A DNA stretch of 64,000 nucleotides from a bacterium (GTDB taxonomy: Bacteria > UBA10199 > 2-02-FULL-44-16 > JAAZCA01): positions 800,001 through 864,000 of the forward strand of contig CAXXGI010000002.1 in assembly GCA_963674695.2 (NCBI GenBank). The letters run 5' to 3'. This document shows positions 29,966 to 39,680 of this stretch, piece after piece. Every line of letters starts with the position of its first letter. Within the stretch, counting starts at the first letter, position 1. The notes under the pieces were generated by a model that worked only from the letters and a program-made list of their open reading frames with translations, was not told the DNA's origin and made no database searches. A program made the position numbers and the translations under genes.

Positions 29966-30916
29966 ATGTTTGGAAACAACAACCTCAAGCTGATTACGGG
30001 AAATGCCAATCGCGATCTTTCGGAGGCCATCGCCCGATCGTTGCGGCGCGAGTTGGCACATGCGACGGTCAAGCGCTTCTCCGACGGTGAGACTTGGGTG
30101 GAGATCGACGAGAACGTCCGAGGTGCCGACGTCTTCGTGATCCAGCCGACCAGTTTTCCGGCAAATGAACAGCTCATGGAGTTGCTCATCATTATCGATG
30201 CGCTCAAGCGTTCTTCGGCCGGTCGTATTACGGCGGTGATTCCCTATTATGGCTATGCCCGCCAGGATCGGAAGGTCAGCCCGCGCACGCCGATCAGCTC
30301 GAAGCTGGTCGCTGATCTGATCACGGCGGCGGGGGCAGAGCGCGTGTTGACCATGGATCTCCATGCGGGCCAGATTCAGGGGTTTTTCAATATCCCGGTG
30401 GATCACCTCTTTGCCAAGCCGGTGCTCATCGATTATCTGCGCGAGCATTGTGGGAAACAGGAGCTGGTCGTCGTTTCTCCCGATGCCGGCGGTGCAGAGC
30501 GCGCGCGTTCATTTGCGAAGCTCCTGCATGCGCCGATCGCCATGATCGATAAACGGCGTTCCAAACCGAACGAGAGCGAGGTCATGCATATCGTCGGTGA
30601 TGTCGAAGGTCGGAAGGCCGTCATCGTCGACGATATCGTCGATACCGCAGGGACCATGGTGGTCGCAGCCGAGGCGCTCACGGCTAACGGAGCCACAGGG
30701 GTGATCGCTTGTTGTACGCACGCGGTGCTCTCCGGGCCGGCGATCGAGCGGCTGAACGAGTCGCTCATCGAAGAGTTTATCACCACCGATACCATTCCGC
30801 TGGGCGACAAGGTGGCGCGGTGTTCGAAGATCAAGGTGCTGTCGGTAGCTTCGCTTTTGGGTGAGGCGATCAAGCGTATTCACAACGCCGATTCGGTGTC
30901 GTCGTTGTTCGTGTAG
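29966..30916 (+). CDS. prs: Ribose-phosphate pyrophosphokinase
   Basis: FSDGE, PYYGYARQDRK, DLHAGQIQGFF, VDDIVDTAGT. Confidence 0.98.
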   Translation: MFGNNNLKLITGNANRDLSEAIARSLRRELAHATVKRFSDGETWVEIDENVRGADVFVIQPTSFPANEQLMELLIIIDALKRSSAGRITAVIPYYGYARQDRKVSPRTPISSKLVADLITAAGAERVLTMDLHAGQIQGFFNIPVDHLFAKPVLIDYLREHCGKQELVVVSPDAGGAERARSFAKLLHAPIAMIDKRRSKPNESEVMHIVGDVEGRKAVIVDDIVDTAGTMVVAAEALTANGATGVIACCTHAVLSGPAIERLNESLIEEFITTDTIPLGDKVARCSKIKVLSVASLLGEAIKRIHNADSVSSLFV

Positions 30917-31013
30917 GTCTTATTCAACGGCCGCTCATGTGGTGGCCTCAATTTCGTCGGGCTGGATGCTGAAAGCTGTAGGCCACAGGCCGAGGGCGAA
31001 CGAAGGAGGACGT

Positions 31014-31694
31014 ATGGAACGCGTTGCAATAACAGGAGAGAAAAGGAGTGTTGGAAAGGGCGCTTCGCGCCGAGCTCGCGCGGCGGGTCAGGTGCCGGCG
31101 GTGCTCTACGGGCAGAAGGTGGATCCGCAGCCGCTCGTGGTCAATCGCAAGGAGTTGGAGCGTGCCGTGAAGACCAAGGCTGGCCTCAACGTCCTGGTTG
31201 ACCTTACGATTGCCGGAGGCGATTCCGGCCTGGCGGTTATCCGTGATTATCAGGCAGATCCGTTTCGGCGCGATTTTATTCACATCGATTTTCAAGCGGT
31301 GAGTCTGGACGAAAAACTCGAGATCGAAGTTCCGATCCGCCTGGTCGGCACATCCCGCGGTGTCAAGGAGGGCGGTGTCATCGAGCAGTCGCGCCATGCC
31401 CTGACGATTTGCACCACGCCGGATCGCATTCCAGATGGCATCGAAATTGACATCACAAACCTCGATATCGGCGACAATCTCCATGCCAACGACGTGGTGT
31501 TGCCCGAGGGCGCAACCTTCCCCCGTCAGGTGAACTTTACCGTCGTGGCCGTCGTTCCGCCGGCCAAGGAAGAGGAGGCCGCAGCGACGACGGAAGAAGG
31601 TGTGGCAGCAGCGGCTCCGGCTGAGGGTGCTGTGGCAGCAGCGGCTCCGGCTGAGGAGAAGAAGGCCGAAGATGGCGCCTCGGAGAAGGCGTAG
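31014..31694 (+). CDS. rplY: 50S ribosomal protein bL25/Ctc
   Basis: VPAVLYG, HIDF, GVKEGG; GGAGG RBS. Confidence 0.97.
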   Translation: MERVAITGEKRSVGKGASRRARAAGQVPAVLYGQKVDPQPLVVNRKELERAVKTKAGLNVLVDLTIAGGDSGLAVIRDYQADPFRRDFIHIDFQAVSLDEKLEIEVPIRLVGTSRGVKEGGVIEQSRHALTICTTPDRIPDGIEIDITNLDIGDNLHANDVVLPEGATFPRQVNFTVVAVVPPAKEEEAAATTEEGVAAAAPAEGAVAAAAPAEEKKAEDGASEKA

Positions 31695-31699
31695 CTTCC

Positions 31700-32257
31700 G
31701 TGAAACTTATCGTCGGCCTTGGAAATCCTGGGCGTTCTTATGCACGGCATCGGCATAACATCGGTTTCGATGTGATCGATGCGCTGGCGGCTCGTCTCGG
31801 GGTCGATGTGGGAAAGAAGTCCTTTCAGGCGCTCGTCGGCGATGGGCGCTTGGGCTCCGAGAAGGTGCTGCTCATCAAGCCGCAGACCTTCATGAACGTT
31901 TCGGGCGAGTCGGTGGCGCCGCTGATCGGCTATTACCGGCTGACGATCGACGATTTGGTCGTCGTGCATGACGATATCGATCTCGCCCTCGGTCAGATCA
32001 AGCTCGCACAGGGTGCTGGCCATGGCGGCCACAACGGTGTGCGTTCCATCGTCGATCTGTTGGGAACGCAGTCGTTCTTTCGCGTGCGGGTGGGCGTGGG
32101 TCGTCCTCCCGAGCAGTGGGATCCGGCCGATTTTGTGCTCTCGCCCTTTTCATCGGAAGAGCGTGAGACGGCGGCCGAGACGGTCGCCAGAGCGGCTGAT
32201 GCGGTCGAACTTCTGATCGTCGAGGGGCTCCTGGCCGCCCAGCAACGCTTTCACTGA
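31700..32257 (+). CDS. pth: Peptidyl-tRNA hydrolase
   Basis: LIVGLGNPG, RHNIGF, KPQTFMNVSG, GGHNG. Confidence 0.98.
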   Translation: MKLIVGLGNPGRSYARHRHNIGFDVIDALAARLGVDVGKKSFQALVGDGRLGSEKVLLIKPQTFMNVSGESVAPLIGYYRLTIDDLVVVHDDIDLALGQIKLAQGAGHGGHNGVRSIVDLLGTQSFFRVRVGVGRPPEQWDPADFVLSPFSSEERETAAETVARAADAVELLIVEGLLAAQQRFH

Positions 32258-32332
32258 CGATGGTGTTCTTTGAGTTTTTTGTTTTGAACTGTGAACATTG
32301 AACGTTCAACTTTGAACGTTCAACTGTTTTCA

Positions 32333-32381
32333 CTCCTTAGTCCCGGGATTGGCCCGGGGCTTGCCCCAAAACCGAAAGGAG
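32333..32381 (+). promoter_or_regulatory. Putative S6:S18 autoregulatory leader
   Basis: CTCCTT pairs with the AAGGAG RBS, with an internal CCCGGG hairpin and CCG, directly before rpsF. Confidence 0.6.
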
Positions 32382-32386
32382 ACTGT

Positions 32387-32848
32387 ATGCACGAGTATGA
32401 GATTGTCTTTATCACCCAACCCGAACTGTCCGATTCTCAGCTGACGGAGATCACCAAGCGTGTCGATGGAATGATCGATCAGCACGAGGGCAGGACCTTC
32501 TTCACCCGCAGCATGGGAAAGAAGCAGCTGGCCTACCCGATCCAGAAGCAGACCAAGGGCGTCTATACGCTGGTCGACTTCGCGGCGCAGGGCGGTTGCA
32601 TCGCGAAGATCGAGCGCAGTCTGCGGCTGGATGAAAACGTTCTGCGCTTTCTCACCGTGGTTCGGAACAAGGACATCGATGTCGAAGCGCGTGCCACGGA
32701 GGTGATCGCACGCGGTGAAGATCGTCCGCCGGAGTCCGCGGTGGAAGTAGCTCCGCCCGCAGTGGAAGCGGAAACGAAAACGACGGTAACGAGTCCTCCG
32801 GCCGAAGCGACTGCCGGTGATACAGAAACAGAGGAGGTGAAAAAATGA
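32387..32848 (+). CDS. rpsF: 30S ribosomal protein bS6
   Basis: [20 protein letters not shown]. Confidence 0.97.
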   Translation: MHEYEIVFITQPELSDSQLTEITKRVDGMIDQHEGRTFFTRSMGKKQLAYPIQKQTKGVYTLVDFAAQGGCIAKIERSLRLDENVLRFLTVVRNKDIDVEARATEVIARGEDRPPESAVEVAPPAVEAETKTTVTSPPAEATAGDTETEEVKK

Positions 32849-33114
32849 GACCACGCAATAAAAAGAAGATGAAGCGTAAGAGCCGCGTATCCAATCGTCC
32901 GCGCGTTTGCCGGTATTGCGCCGACAAAAAACTCACCATCGATTATAAAGATGTAAAGGCGCTCGGTTTTTTTACGACTGAGCGGGGAAAAATCGTTCCG
33001 CGTCGCATCTCGGGTGCATGTGCGAAGCATCAGCGCGAGATCAAGATCGCCATCAAGCGGGCGCGCATTCTGGCACTCGCCCCGTTTACGTCAGCGCAGG
33101 CGCCGACGGCCTGA
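32845..33114 (+). CDS. rpsR: 30S ribosomal protein bS18 (Zn-binding type)
   Basis: [27 protein letters not shown]. Confidence 0.98.
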   Translation: MRPRNKKKMKRKSRVSNRPRVCRYCADKKLTIDYKDVKALGFFTTERGKIVPRRISGACAKHQREIKIAIKRARILALAPFTSAQAPTA

Positions 33115-33120
33115 GGAGAT

Positions 33121-34155
33121 ATGCTGGTGGTGAATTTTCGTTCCATCGCGGTTGGCGCTTTTGCCATGATCGCTCTGTTTTCCAGCGGTCTGCTGGTGGT
33201 CTTTACGCCGGTGCCGCTCATCTACGTTTCGGCCTTTCGCGGTCGGCGCGCAGGTGTTCACACCGCTGCTCTGGCGTTTGCCGGCGTCTGTGCACTGCTG
33301 TTCTTTGCGCTGCCGACGTTTGTGCAATCGCTTGAGTCCGGCGGGTTGTTCCTGCCTCTGCCTGCGATCGACCTGGCTGCTTTTCTGCCGATGTCGATGA
33401 CGGCGGTGCTCATCATCAGTAGCTTCTGTTTTTACGCGGCGATTGGGATTGCGCTGGGTGAAGCCGCTCGCCGGCGTTGGGGTCTGCAATATGGTGTGGC
33501 CGTCGTTCTCGGTTCGGGGCTGGCCGTGATGATCCTGGCCGGAGTGGTGCTCTCCGCCATGGGGTTCGAGGCGGGGCTCTCGGGGATGCAGCGCTATTTT
33601 CTCTCCATCGTTGCGGAGCTGGTTCGCCTTCAGCAAGATGGGGGGGCGGCCGGCCTGCCGATTGCTTTGCTTGCCGATCATGGCGACGCGGTTGCTGCAT
33701 TTGTGTTGCGCATCATTCCCGGAATGCTCTTTCTCTATGGGGTGATGGTGGTCATGCTCAACTTTCTGGTGGGGCGTCGGTTGACGCGGAACGTGCATGC
33801 TTTTTCGCACATTCACAATGCGGCGCGTTTCCGCCTGCCGTTCCCGGTGGTCTGGGTTCTGATCGGAGCAGGCATTACGTTTTTTGCCGGGCATTATGTG
33901 CTGCACTCCGTTTCATTTGAGATGCTGGCGATCAACGTGCTCATCGGTGTCAGTGCACTCTACTTTTTGCAGGGGATGTCCGTTGTCGTCTATATGTTGC
34001 AGGGCGTTCGTGCCCCGTTTATGCGAGCGGCTGTCTATATCGCTATCATTATGTTCTTTCAGACCGTGAGCGTAGGGCTCGTGGCCTTGGGGATTGTGGA
34101 TTCATGGGTTGATTTTCGGTTGCGTCGTTGGCGGGCGCGACATCATTCAACATGA
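33121..34155 (+). CDS. DUF2232/YybS family membrane protein
   Basis: Multiple TM helices; YFLQG and GIVDSWVDFR; position between rpsR and rplI. Confidence 0.88.
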   Translation: MLVVNFRSIAVGAFAMIALFSSGLLVVFTPVPLIYVSAFRGRRAGVHTAALAFAGVCALLFFALPTFVQSLESGGLFLPLPAIDLAAFLPMSMTAVLIISSFCFYAAIGIALGEAARRRWGLQYGVAVVLGSGLAVMILAGVVLSAMGFEAGLSGMQRYFLSIVAELVRLQQDGGAAGLPIALLADHGDAVAAFVLRIIPGMLFLYGVMVVMLNFLVGRRLTRNVHAFSHIHNAARFRLPFPVVWVLIGAGITFFAGHYVLHSVSFEMLAINVLIGVSALYFLQGMSVVVYMLQGVRAPFMRAAVYIAIIMFFQTVSVGLVALGIVDSWVDFRLRRWRARHHST

Positions 34156-34222
34156 TCGTTATTATCGATGATTTCATCGATCGTTCGATCGCATGATCGT
34201 TCGATCGCACGAGGAGGGTCAC

Positions 34223-34666
34223 ATGCAGGTCATCTTACAGGAAAATGTGGTAAAACTGGGTCAGGCGGGCGATGTGGTCAACGTTCGCGAAGGGTACGGG
34301 CGGAACTTTCTCCTGCCACAGGGCAAGGCGGTTGTGGCCGATCCCAAAAACCTCAAACAGCTCGAGCACCAGAAACGCGTCGTGGCGGCCAAACAGCTCA
34401 AGCGCAAGCAGGAGTCAGAGGAGCTGTCGACCAAGCTCTCGAATGTCTCTCTCACCATCAGCCGTGAGGCGGGCGAAGAAGATAAGCTCTTTGGGTCGGT
34501 GACGGCGAAGGATATCATCGATGGTCTTCGCAACGAGGGCTACATCATCGATCGCCACGCGCTCGAGCTGGCCGCGCCGATCAAGGATCTTGGCGTTTTC
34601 GAGGTGCCGGTGAAGCTGCATGCGGAAGTGACGGCGACGGTGAAGGTCTGGGTGGTCAAGAAGTAG
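34223..34666 (+). CDS. rplI: 50S ribosomal protein bL9
   Basis: MQVIL, GYGRNFLLPQG, KLFGSVT. Confidence 0.98.
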   Translation: MQVILQENVVKLGQAGDVVNVREGYGRNFLLPQGKAVVADPKNLKQLEHQKRVVAAKQLKRKQESEELSTKLSNVSLTISREAGEEDKLFGSVTAKDIIDGLRNEGYIIDRHALELAAPIKDLGVFEVPVKLHAEVTATVKVWVVKK

Positions 34667-34759
34667 CCAGTTCCGAAGGACGATGGACGATCGATCCCTT
34701 CGGGATCTCGGATGATGGACGAAAGAGCGTTGAGCTTTATTGCCTATCGAGGAATTTTT

Positions 34760-36163
34760 ATGGGCCTTCCGGAAGAACAGCGTTTGAAATTGCCACCGCA
34801 GAATCAGGAGGCAGAGCAATCGGTCCTGGGCGGTATGCTGCTCGATAACGAGGCGATCAACCGGGTAATCGAATTGATTCGGCCCGATGATTTTTATCGG
34901 GAGGCCCATCGCCGCATCTATCAGACCGTTCTCACCCTCTATCAGCGCAACGAGCCGGTCGATCTCGTGACACTCACCTCTGCTCTCAAGGAGGACGGGG
35001 CGCTCGATGCCATCGGGGGGGCGGCCTACTTGGCGGCACTCGTCGACCGGGTTCCCAGTGCTGCGCACATCGCTTCCTATGCGAAGATCGTTCGTCAGAA
35101 GTCGGTCCTTCGCTGTCTCATCGAGGGGGCGACCGAAATTGTCGAGCGCGGATATCGGGAAGAGGGCAATGTCGATGAATTCGTCGATGCGGCCGAGGGG
35201 ATCATCCTCGAGGTGGCCCAGCGTCGGGTTCGCCAGGGGTTTTCCGAAGTTCGTGAGATCGTGAAGGACAGTTTCAAGGCGATCGAACAGCTCTATGAGC
35301 GTAAGGAGCTGGTCACCGGGGTGCCCACCGGGTATCGCGAACTCGATAAGATTACCTGTGGGTTTCAACGCTCCGATCTCATCATCATTGCGGGTCGTCC
35401 CAGTATGGGGAAGACGGCTTTCGCGCTCAATATCGCCGAACATGCGGCGGTCGAAGCGGGTGTGACCTGCGCCATCTACTCCCTCGAAATGTCGAAAGAG
35501 CAGCTCGTACAGCGTATGCTCTGTTCGCGCGCCGAGGTCGATGCCTCAAAGCTGCGAGGTGGATTTCTTTCCGAGAGCGATTGGCCAAAATTGACGCGCG
35601 CGGCGGGTCTGCTCTCTGAGGCGCCGATCTTCATCGATGATACGCCGGCCCTCAACGTGCTGGAGGTGCGCGCGAAGGCGCGACGGCTGCAACGCGAACA
35701 TGGTCTGGGGCTCATCGTCGTGGACTATCTCCAACTGATGAGTGGCGTGGGGCGCATCGAGAGTCGCGAGCGTGAGATTTCTGAAATTTCTCGAGCGCTC
35801 AAGGGGCTTGCCAAAGAGCTCAACGTGCCGGTCATAGCACTCTCGCAGCTCAATCGTGGCGTCGAAAGCCGTCAGGACAAGCGCCCACAGCTCTCCGATC
35901 TTCGCGAATCGGGCGCCATCGAGCAGGATGCGGACGTCATCGGATTTATCTATCGCGATGAGATGTATAACCGAGAGAGCCCGGATGCGGGAAAGGCCGA
36001 GGTGATCATCGGTAAACAGCGAAACGGGCCGACGGGACATGTGATGTTGGCCTTCCGGAACAATATCACGCGTTTTGATGACCTCGCCCATGGTATGGAT
36101 GACTATGTCGAGCCGGCGACCGTCGTCGAAGCGCCGCCGCCGGGCGAACCACCTCCGTTCTAA
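34760..36163 (+). CDS. dnaB: Replicative DNA helicase
   Basis: AEQSVLG, GRPSMGKT, VDYLQL, SDLRESGAIEQDAD, KQRNGP; no intein. Confidence 0.98.
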   Translation: MGLPEEQRLKLPPQNQEAEQSVLGGMLLDNEAINRVIELIRPDDFYREAHRRIYQTVLTLYQRNEPVDLVTLTSALKEDGALDAIGGAAYLAALVDRVPSAAHIASYAKIVRQKSVLRCLIEGATEIVERGYREEGNVDEFVDAAEGIILEVAQRRVRQGFSEVREIVKDSFKAIEQLYERKELVTGVPTGYRELDKITCGFQRSDLIIIAGRPSMGKTAFALNIAEHAAVEAGVTCAIYSLEMSKEQLVQRMLCSRAEVDASKLRGGFLSESDWPKLTRAAGLLSEAPIFIDDTPALNVLEVRAKARRLQREHGLGLIVVDYLQLMSGVGRIESREREISEISRALKGLAKELNVPVIALSQLNRGVESRQDKRPQLSDLRESGAIEQDADVIGFIYRDEMYNRESPDAGKAEVIIGKQRNGPTGHVMLAFRNNITRFDDLAHGMDDYVEPATVVEAPPPGEPPPF

Positions 36164-36997
36164 ATGAGTATCCCCATCGTCAGCGTTGTCATTCCCACCT
36201 CCAATCGTGCGGCGTTTCTTCGCGAGGCGATTGCATCGGTATTGGTGCAGACCTTTTCTGATTTTGAACTGATCGTCGTCGACGACGGATCGACCGATGA
36301 TACGCCGACCCTGTTCGACACGGTTCATGATGGGCGGGTTCGTTTTCTTCGTCAGGACAATAGCGGTGTGGCCTCCGCACGCAATCGGGGGGCAGCGCTT
36401 GCGCGAGGAACCTATCTCGCGTTTCTGGATTCCGACGATCTCTGGGAGCCGCGCAAGCTCGAGGTGCAGCTGGCCTTTCATCGCGAAATGTCGCGATCGG
36501 TCCTGTCGCAGACGGAGGAGATGTGGGTGCGGCGGGGTCGGCGCGTGAATCCCCGACAGAAACACACGAAACGCTCCGGATGGATCTTCGAGCACTGCCT
36601 GCCGCTCTGTATCGTTTCGCCTTCGGCGGTGATGATGGAGCGGGAAATCTTTGATGAGCTCGGTGGATTCGACGAACGATTTCCCGCCTGTGAGGACTAC
36701 GATCTCTGGCTGCGCGCGGCGCTGCGCTATGAGATCCATACGCTCCCCGAGCCCCTCATCGTCAAGCGCGGTGGGCATGGGGATCAGCTCTCGGCGGCGT
36801 GGGGACTGGACCGCTATCGCATCCAGGCCCTGCAGAAGTGTTTACGCGATCCGCTGCTGACGGATGACCTGCGTCCCCTCGTCGAGGAACAGATCATTCA
36901 TCGCGCTCGCATCGTGGCCGAGGGGGCGCGAAAACGCGGGAACGAGGAATTGTATCGGGAGTATGCTGTTTGTGCAGAAATGGTGAGTCGATCGTAG
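36164..36997 (+). CDS. GT2 family glycosyltransferase
   Basis: VSVVIP, VVDDGSTD, AFLDSDD, EDYDLWLR. Confidence 0.93.
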   Translation: MSIPIVSVVIPTSNRAAFLREAIASVLVQTFSDFELIVVDDGSTDDTPTLFDTVHDGRVRFLRQDNSGVASARNRGAALARGTYLAFLDSDDLWEPRKLEVQLAFHREMSRSVLSQTEEMWVRRGRRVNPRQKHTKRSGWIFEHCLPLCIVSPSAVMMEREIFDELGGFDERFPACEDYDLWLRAALRYEIHTLPEPLIVKRGGHGDQLSAAWGLDRYRIQALQKCLRDPLLTDDLRPLVEEQIIHRARIVAEGARKRGNEELYREYAVCAEMVSRS

Positions 36998-37050
36998 ACC
37001 CGAAGGAACGCCGTTGATTTACTCTTATACCTTTGGTCCATGGTCTATAG

Positions 37051-37701
37051 TCAGTAGTGCACCCCCAGAATGGCGAGTGCGGTGAGCGAGGGGTAGAACC
37101 CTCCCTTGTAGACGAGCGTGTTGGGGATTCCGCTTACCGTCTGGCGTTTATCGTCGAAGAGGAGTAGGTCGCCTTGCACGTCGAAGCCGAAGAAGAAATA
37201 TTTGTGCCAGAGAAAGGCGATGCCGCCGCCGACGGCGGGTCCCCATCCGATGGTGTCGATGACATTGTCGGTGGCACCGATGGCGCTGGGCAGGCCAGCC
37301 ACGCGTACGCTCATTCCCATCTTGGTGAAGGGGAGGATGCGCAGCGTCTTGAAATCGGTCAGGGCATCGAGGATGAAGGTCCACTTGGCCGAGACGTTGG
37401 CGTTCGCGATGTGGGCGCGCTTGCGACCGGATTCCTTGAAGGTCGTATAGAGGCCCTGGAGTTCGGCGGAGAAATTGTCGGTCAGGTTCCAGCCGAAGAG
37501 GAAGCCGAGTGCCGGTTCGAATCGGTCGCCCATGTAGGTTCCCGTGATCTGGTCTCGGTCGTAGTCGTTCTGGATGGCGCCGACCTCCAGGGTGAGATAG
37601 GGACCCTTGAGAAAGCCCTTTCGGGGGCGGGCGTCAACGGAGGCGCAGGTCGCTGTGATGAGGACGATGGTCAGCAACATGGTCATGGCCAGGCAGCGCA
37701 T
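37051..37701 (-). CDS. Outer-membrane beta-barrel protein
   Basis: Signal peptide, alternating strands, C-terminal aromatic (GVHY); paralogue at 40045-40881. Confidence 0.75.
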   Translation of the reverse strand: MRCLAMTMLLTIVLITATCASVDARPRKGFLKGPYLTLEVGAIQNDYDRDQITGTYMGDRFEPALGFLFGWNLTDNFSAELQGLYTTFKESGRKRAHIANANVSAKWTFILDALTDFKTLRILPFTKMGMSVRVAGLPSAIGATDNVIDTIGWGPAVGGGIAFLWHKYFFFGFDVQGDLLLFDDKRQTVSGIPNTLVYKGGFYPSLTALAILGVHY

Positions 37702-37818
37702 GGTGCTGTATTGCCCGTTCGAGGGAAAAAAGGCAAGTGAACCCTCGCTTGTCAATGAATGCTCCATCTGCTAAGTCGCTTGGGCATCGATATGGTTCGG
37801 AAAAAGGAGTTTCGGCAG

Positions 37819-38448
37819 ATGAAACTGGTCTTGGCGACCCGAAATGAAGGAAAGCTCGTCGAGCTGCGCCACCTCCTGGAGGGGATCGATGTCGAAGTGA
37901 GTTCCCTGGCCGAGTTTCCGGAGATAGGCGAGATCGTCGAAGATGGGCAGAGCTTCCGAGAGAACGCGCTCATCAAGGCGCGGGCCGTGGTCGCCGCGAC
38001 GGGTACATGGACGCTTGCCGATGACTCGGGACTTGTAGTGGATGCGCTGGGAGGACAGCCCGGAATTCATTCGGCACGCTATGCGGGTCGACAGGGCGAC
38101 CATGCTGCAAATAACGAGAAGCTCCTGCAGGAGATGCGCGATGTTCCGGATGAAAGACGCCAGGCGGCGTTTGTCTGCACCATGGCGCTCATCTCGCCGG
38201 AGCATCGGGAATGGGTCGTCGAGGGGCGTTGCGAGGGGATGATTGCTCGCGAGCGATCCGGCACCGAAGGGTTTGGTTTTGATCCGCTCTTCTTCGTCGG
38301 GAGCTGTGGGGCCACGATGGCCGAACTGCCGCTCGCACAAAAGAATGGCATCAGTCATCGCGGTCAGGCCCTTCGGAAGATGAAGGCGATTTTGATTGAA
38401 ATTATGGGGCATGCGAAGGAAAGAGAGAACGGTTCACTCGGGGTGTAG
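37819..38448 (+). CDS. rdgB: dITP/XTP pyrophosphatase
   Basis: LATRNEGK, ENALIKA, DDSGL, GFGFDPLF, KNGISHR. Confidence 0.96.
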   Translation: MKLVLATRNEGKLVELRHLLEGIDVEVSSLAEFPEIGEIVEDGQSFRENALIKARAVVAATGTWTLADDSGLVVDALGGQPGIHSARYAGRQGDHAANNEKLLQEMRDVPDERRQAAFVCTMALISPEHREWVVEGRCEGMIARERSGTEGFGFDPLFFVGSCGATMAELPLAQKNGISHRGQALRKMKAILIEIMGHAKERENGSLGV

Positions 38449-38513
38449 CTCAGTCTGGTTAGAGTGCCTGCTTTGGGAGCAGGATGTCGGAGGTTCGAAT
38501 CCTCTCACCCCGA
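38439..38513 (+). tRNA. tRNA-Pro (TGG)
   Basis: CGGGGTG/CACCCCG acceptor, CCTGC-TTTGGGA-GCAGG anticodon arm. Confidence 0.97.
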
Positions 38514-38540
38514 CACAGGTGTGGACGCGATAGAGTGCAG

Positions 38541-38613
38541 GCGCCCATAGCTCAGTGGATAGAGCATCTGCCTTCTAAGCAGAATGCCCCAGGTTCGAAT
38601 CCTGGTGGGCGCG
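38541..38613 (+). tRNA. tRNA-Arg (TCT)
   Basis: GCGCCCA/TGGGCGC acceptor, TCTGC-CTTCTAA-GCAGA anticodon arm. Confidence 0.97.
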
Positions 38614-38614
38614 C

Positions 38615-38653
38615 AAAGACAAGGGGAGGGCTTTTGCCCTCCCCTTGTCTTTT
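38615..38653 (+). terminator. Intrinsic terminator after tRNA-Arg
   Basis: AAAGACAAGGGGAGGGC / GCCCTCCCCTTGTCTTTT. Confidence 0.9.
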
Positions 38654-38663
38654 GGTGTTCGGT

Positions 38664-38985
38664 GGATTCGAACGTCCGCCAAAGGCGGACTTTTCGACGA
38701 CCTTCCGAAGGGCAGCTCGCCGAACAGGCGAGCGAGGTTGCTGACAAACCCGTGTTTTTGTCATCCCCGCGAAAGCGGGGATCTCGATGTACCGTAAAAA
38801 GCGAGATTCCCGCTTTCGCGGGAATGACAAACTTCGGTTTTACGATAATGATAACATGAAATGACTTTGTCAGCAGTCTGAGCTCGCCGAACAGGCGAGC
38901 TTTATAATGCTGAAGTGTCGGCGAGTGGGTAGCGCCCTCCACTCAGGCGTTGGCGGGCAAGCGAGCCGACGCCCTGGTGAGCACC
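38664..38985 (+). repeat. tRNA-linked repeat element, copy 1 (interrupted by a MITE)
   Basis: Aligns with 41259-41389; ends in a degenerate copy of the tRNA-Arg 3' end. Confidence 0.8.
38734..38880. mobile_element. MITE with IS1182-like ends, REP doublet cargo and perfect 20-bp target duplication
   Basis: Ends GAGGTTGCTGACAAACC / GACTTTGTCAGCAGTCTG; AGCTCGCCGAACAGGCGAGC at 38714-38733 and 38881-38900; empty site in the paralogous repeat near 41310. Confidence 0.88.
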
Positions 38986-39044
38986 GAAAAAAAACGACCC
39001 GCCATGTGGCGGGTCGTTGGAGTCGATAGCATTGCAGGTCTGAA

Positions 39045-39299
39045 TTAGAAGCTCGGGAAGCCAGCCTTGTGTTCAAGCAGCGCCTTCGGTAGACGAAAGT
39101 CGCTCGTCTTTGTCATTTTCTTGAGTTCATCGCTCTTCTGCTTGGCTTCTTCATTCTTGGCGACCTGTTCTTCCTTCGCGGCCTTGGTCGTGTCGGCTTT
39201 CTTGGTCTCAGCCTTCGCTACTTTCGGATAATCCTTGATGACGTGACAGAATTCTTTTCCGGTCAAGTAATCCGTTGTGCACACCATATTGTCTGCCAT
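39045..39299 (-). CDS. Small Lys/Ala-rich hypothetical protein
   Basis: AGGAGG RBS, 84 aa, terminator at about 38987-39018. Confidence 0.7.
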   Translation of the reverse strand: MADNMVCTTDYLTGKEFCHVIKDYPKVAKAETKKADTTKAAKEEQVAKNEEAKQKSDELKKMTKTSDFRLPKALLEHKAGFPSF

Positions 39300-39347
39300 T
39301 TTGAGCCTCCTGTAAAAAAATCTGTGCGTCATCGGTTAACGTGCAAT

Positions 39348-39593
39348 TTATCTTCCGGGAAAACCGGTGCTCGTATACATTGCTTTGTTGTACATGAAAC
39401 GATTGTTGCCTTCGAGATTCCTCAGCTGCGAAGCCTGCTCGCGGGCACTTTCAACTTCATAGTCCACATAGGCCATCACGATCGCTCCGACCCCTTCGCC
39501 GATGTCGCTGGCGATTTCACAGGCGCTGTTCCACAAGGAGCTCAGTGCGGTCATCGTGTACTGGTCGTTGCTGTTCATGATGGGATTTTCCAT
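39348..39593 (-). CDS. Small hypothetical protein
   Basis: AAGGAG RBS, 81 aa, sigma28-like motif upstream. Confidence 0.65.
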   Translation of the reverse strand: MENPIMNSNDQYTMTALSSLWNSACEIASDIGEGVGAIVMAYVDYEVESAREQASQLRNLEGNNRFMYNKAMYTSTGFPGR

Positions 39594-39653
39594 TGTGTTC
39601 TCCTTTGTGGAACATCTGATTTGTGCCTGTTTTTGTTTCCTCGTGCACCCTCT

Positions 39654-39680
39654 GTATCGCAAGTTTGATCAAAAAGTTGC
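39654..39680 (-). promoter_or_regulatory. Putative sigma28-like promoter
   Basis: GCAACTTTTT-N9-TGCGATAC on minus strand. Confidence 0.55.

Noticed and set aside
34760-36163. Intein in DnaB
   Set aside because: Normal length and continuous helicase motifs.
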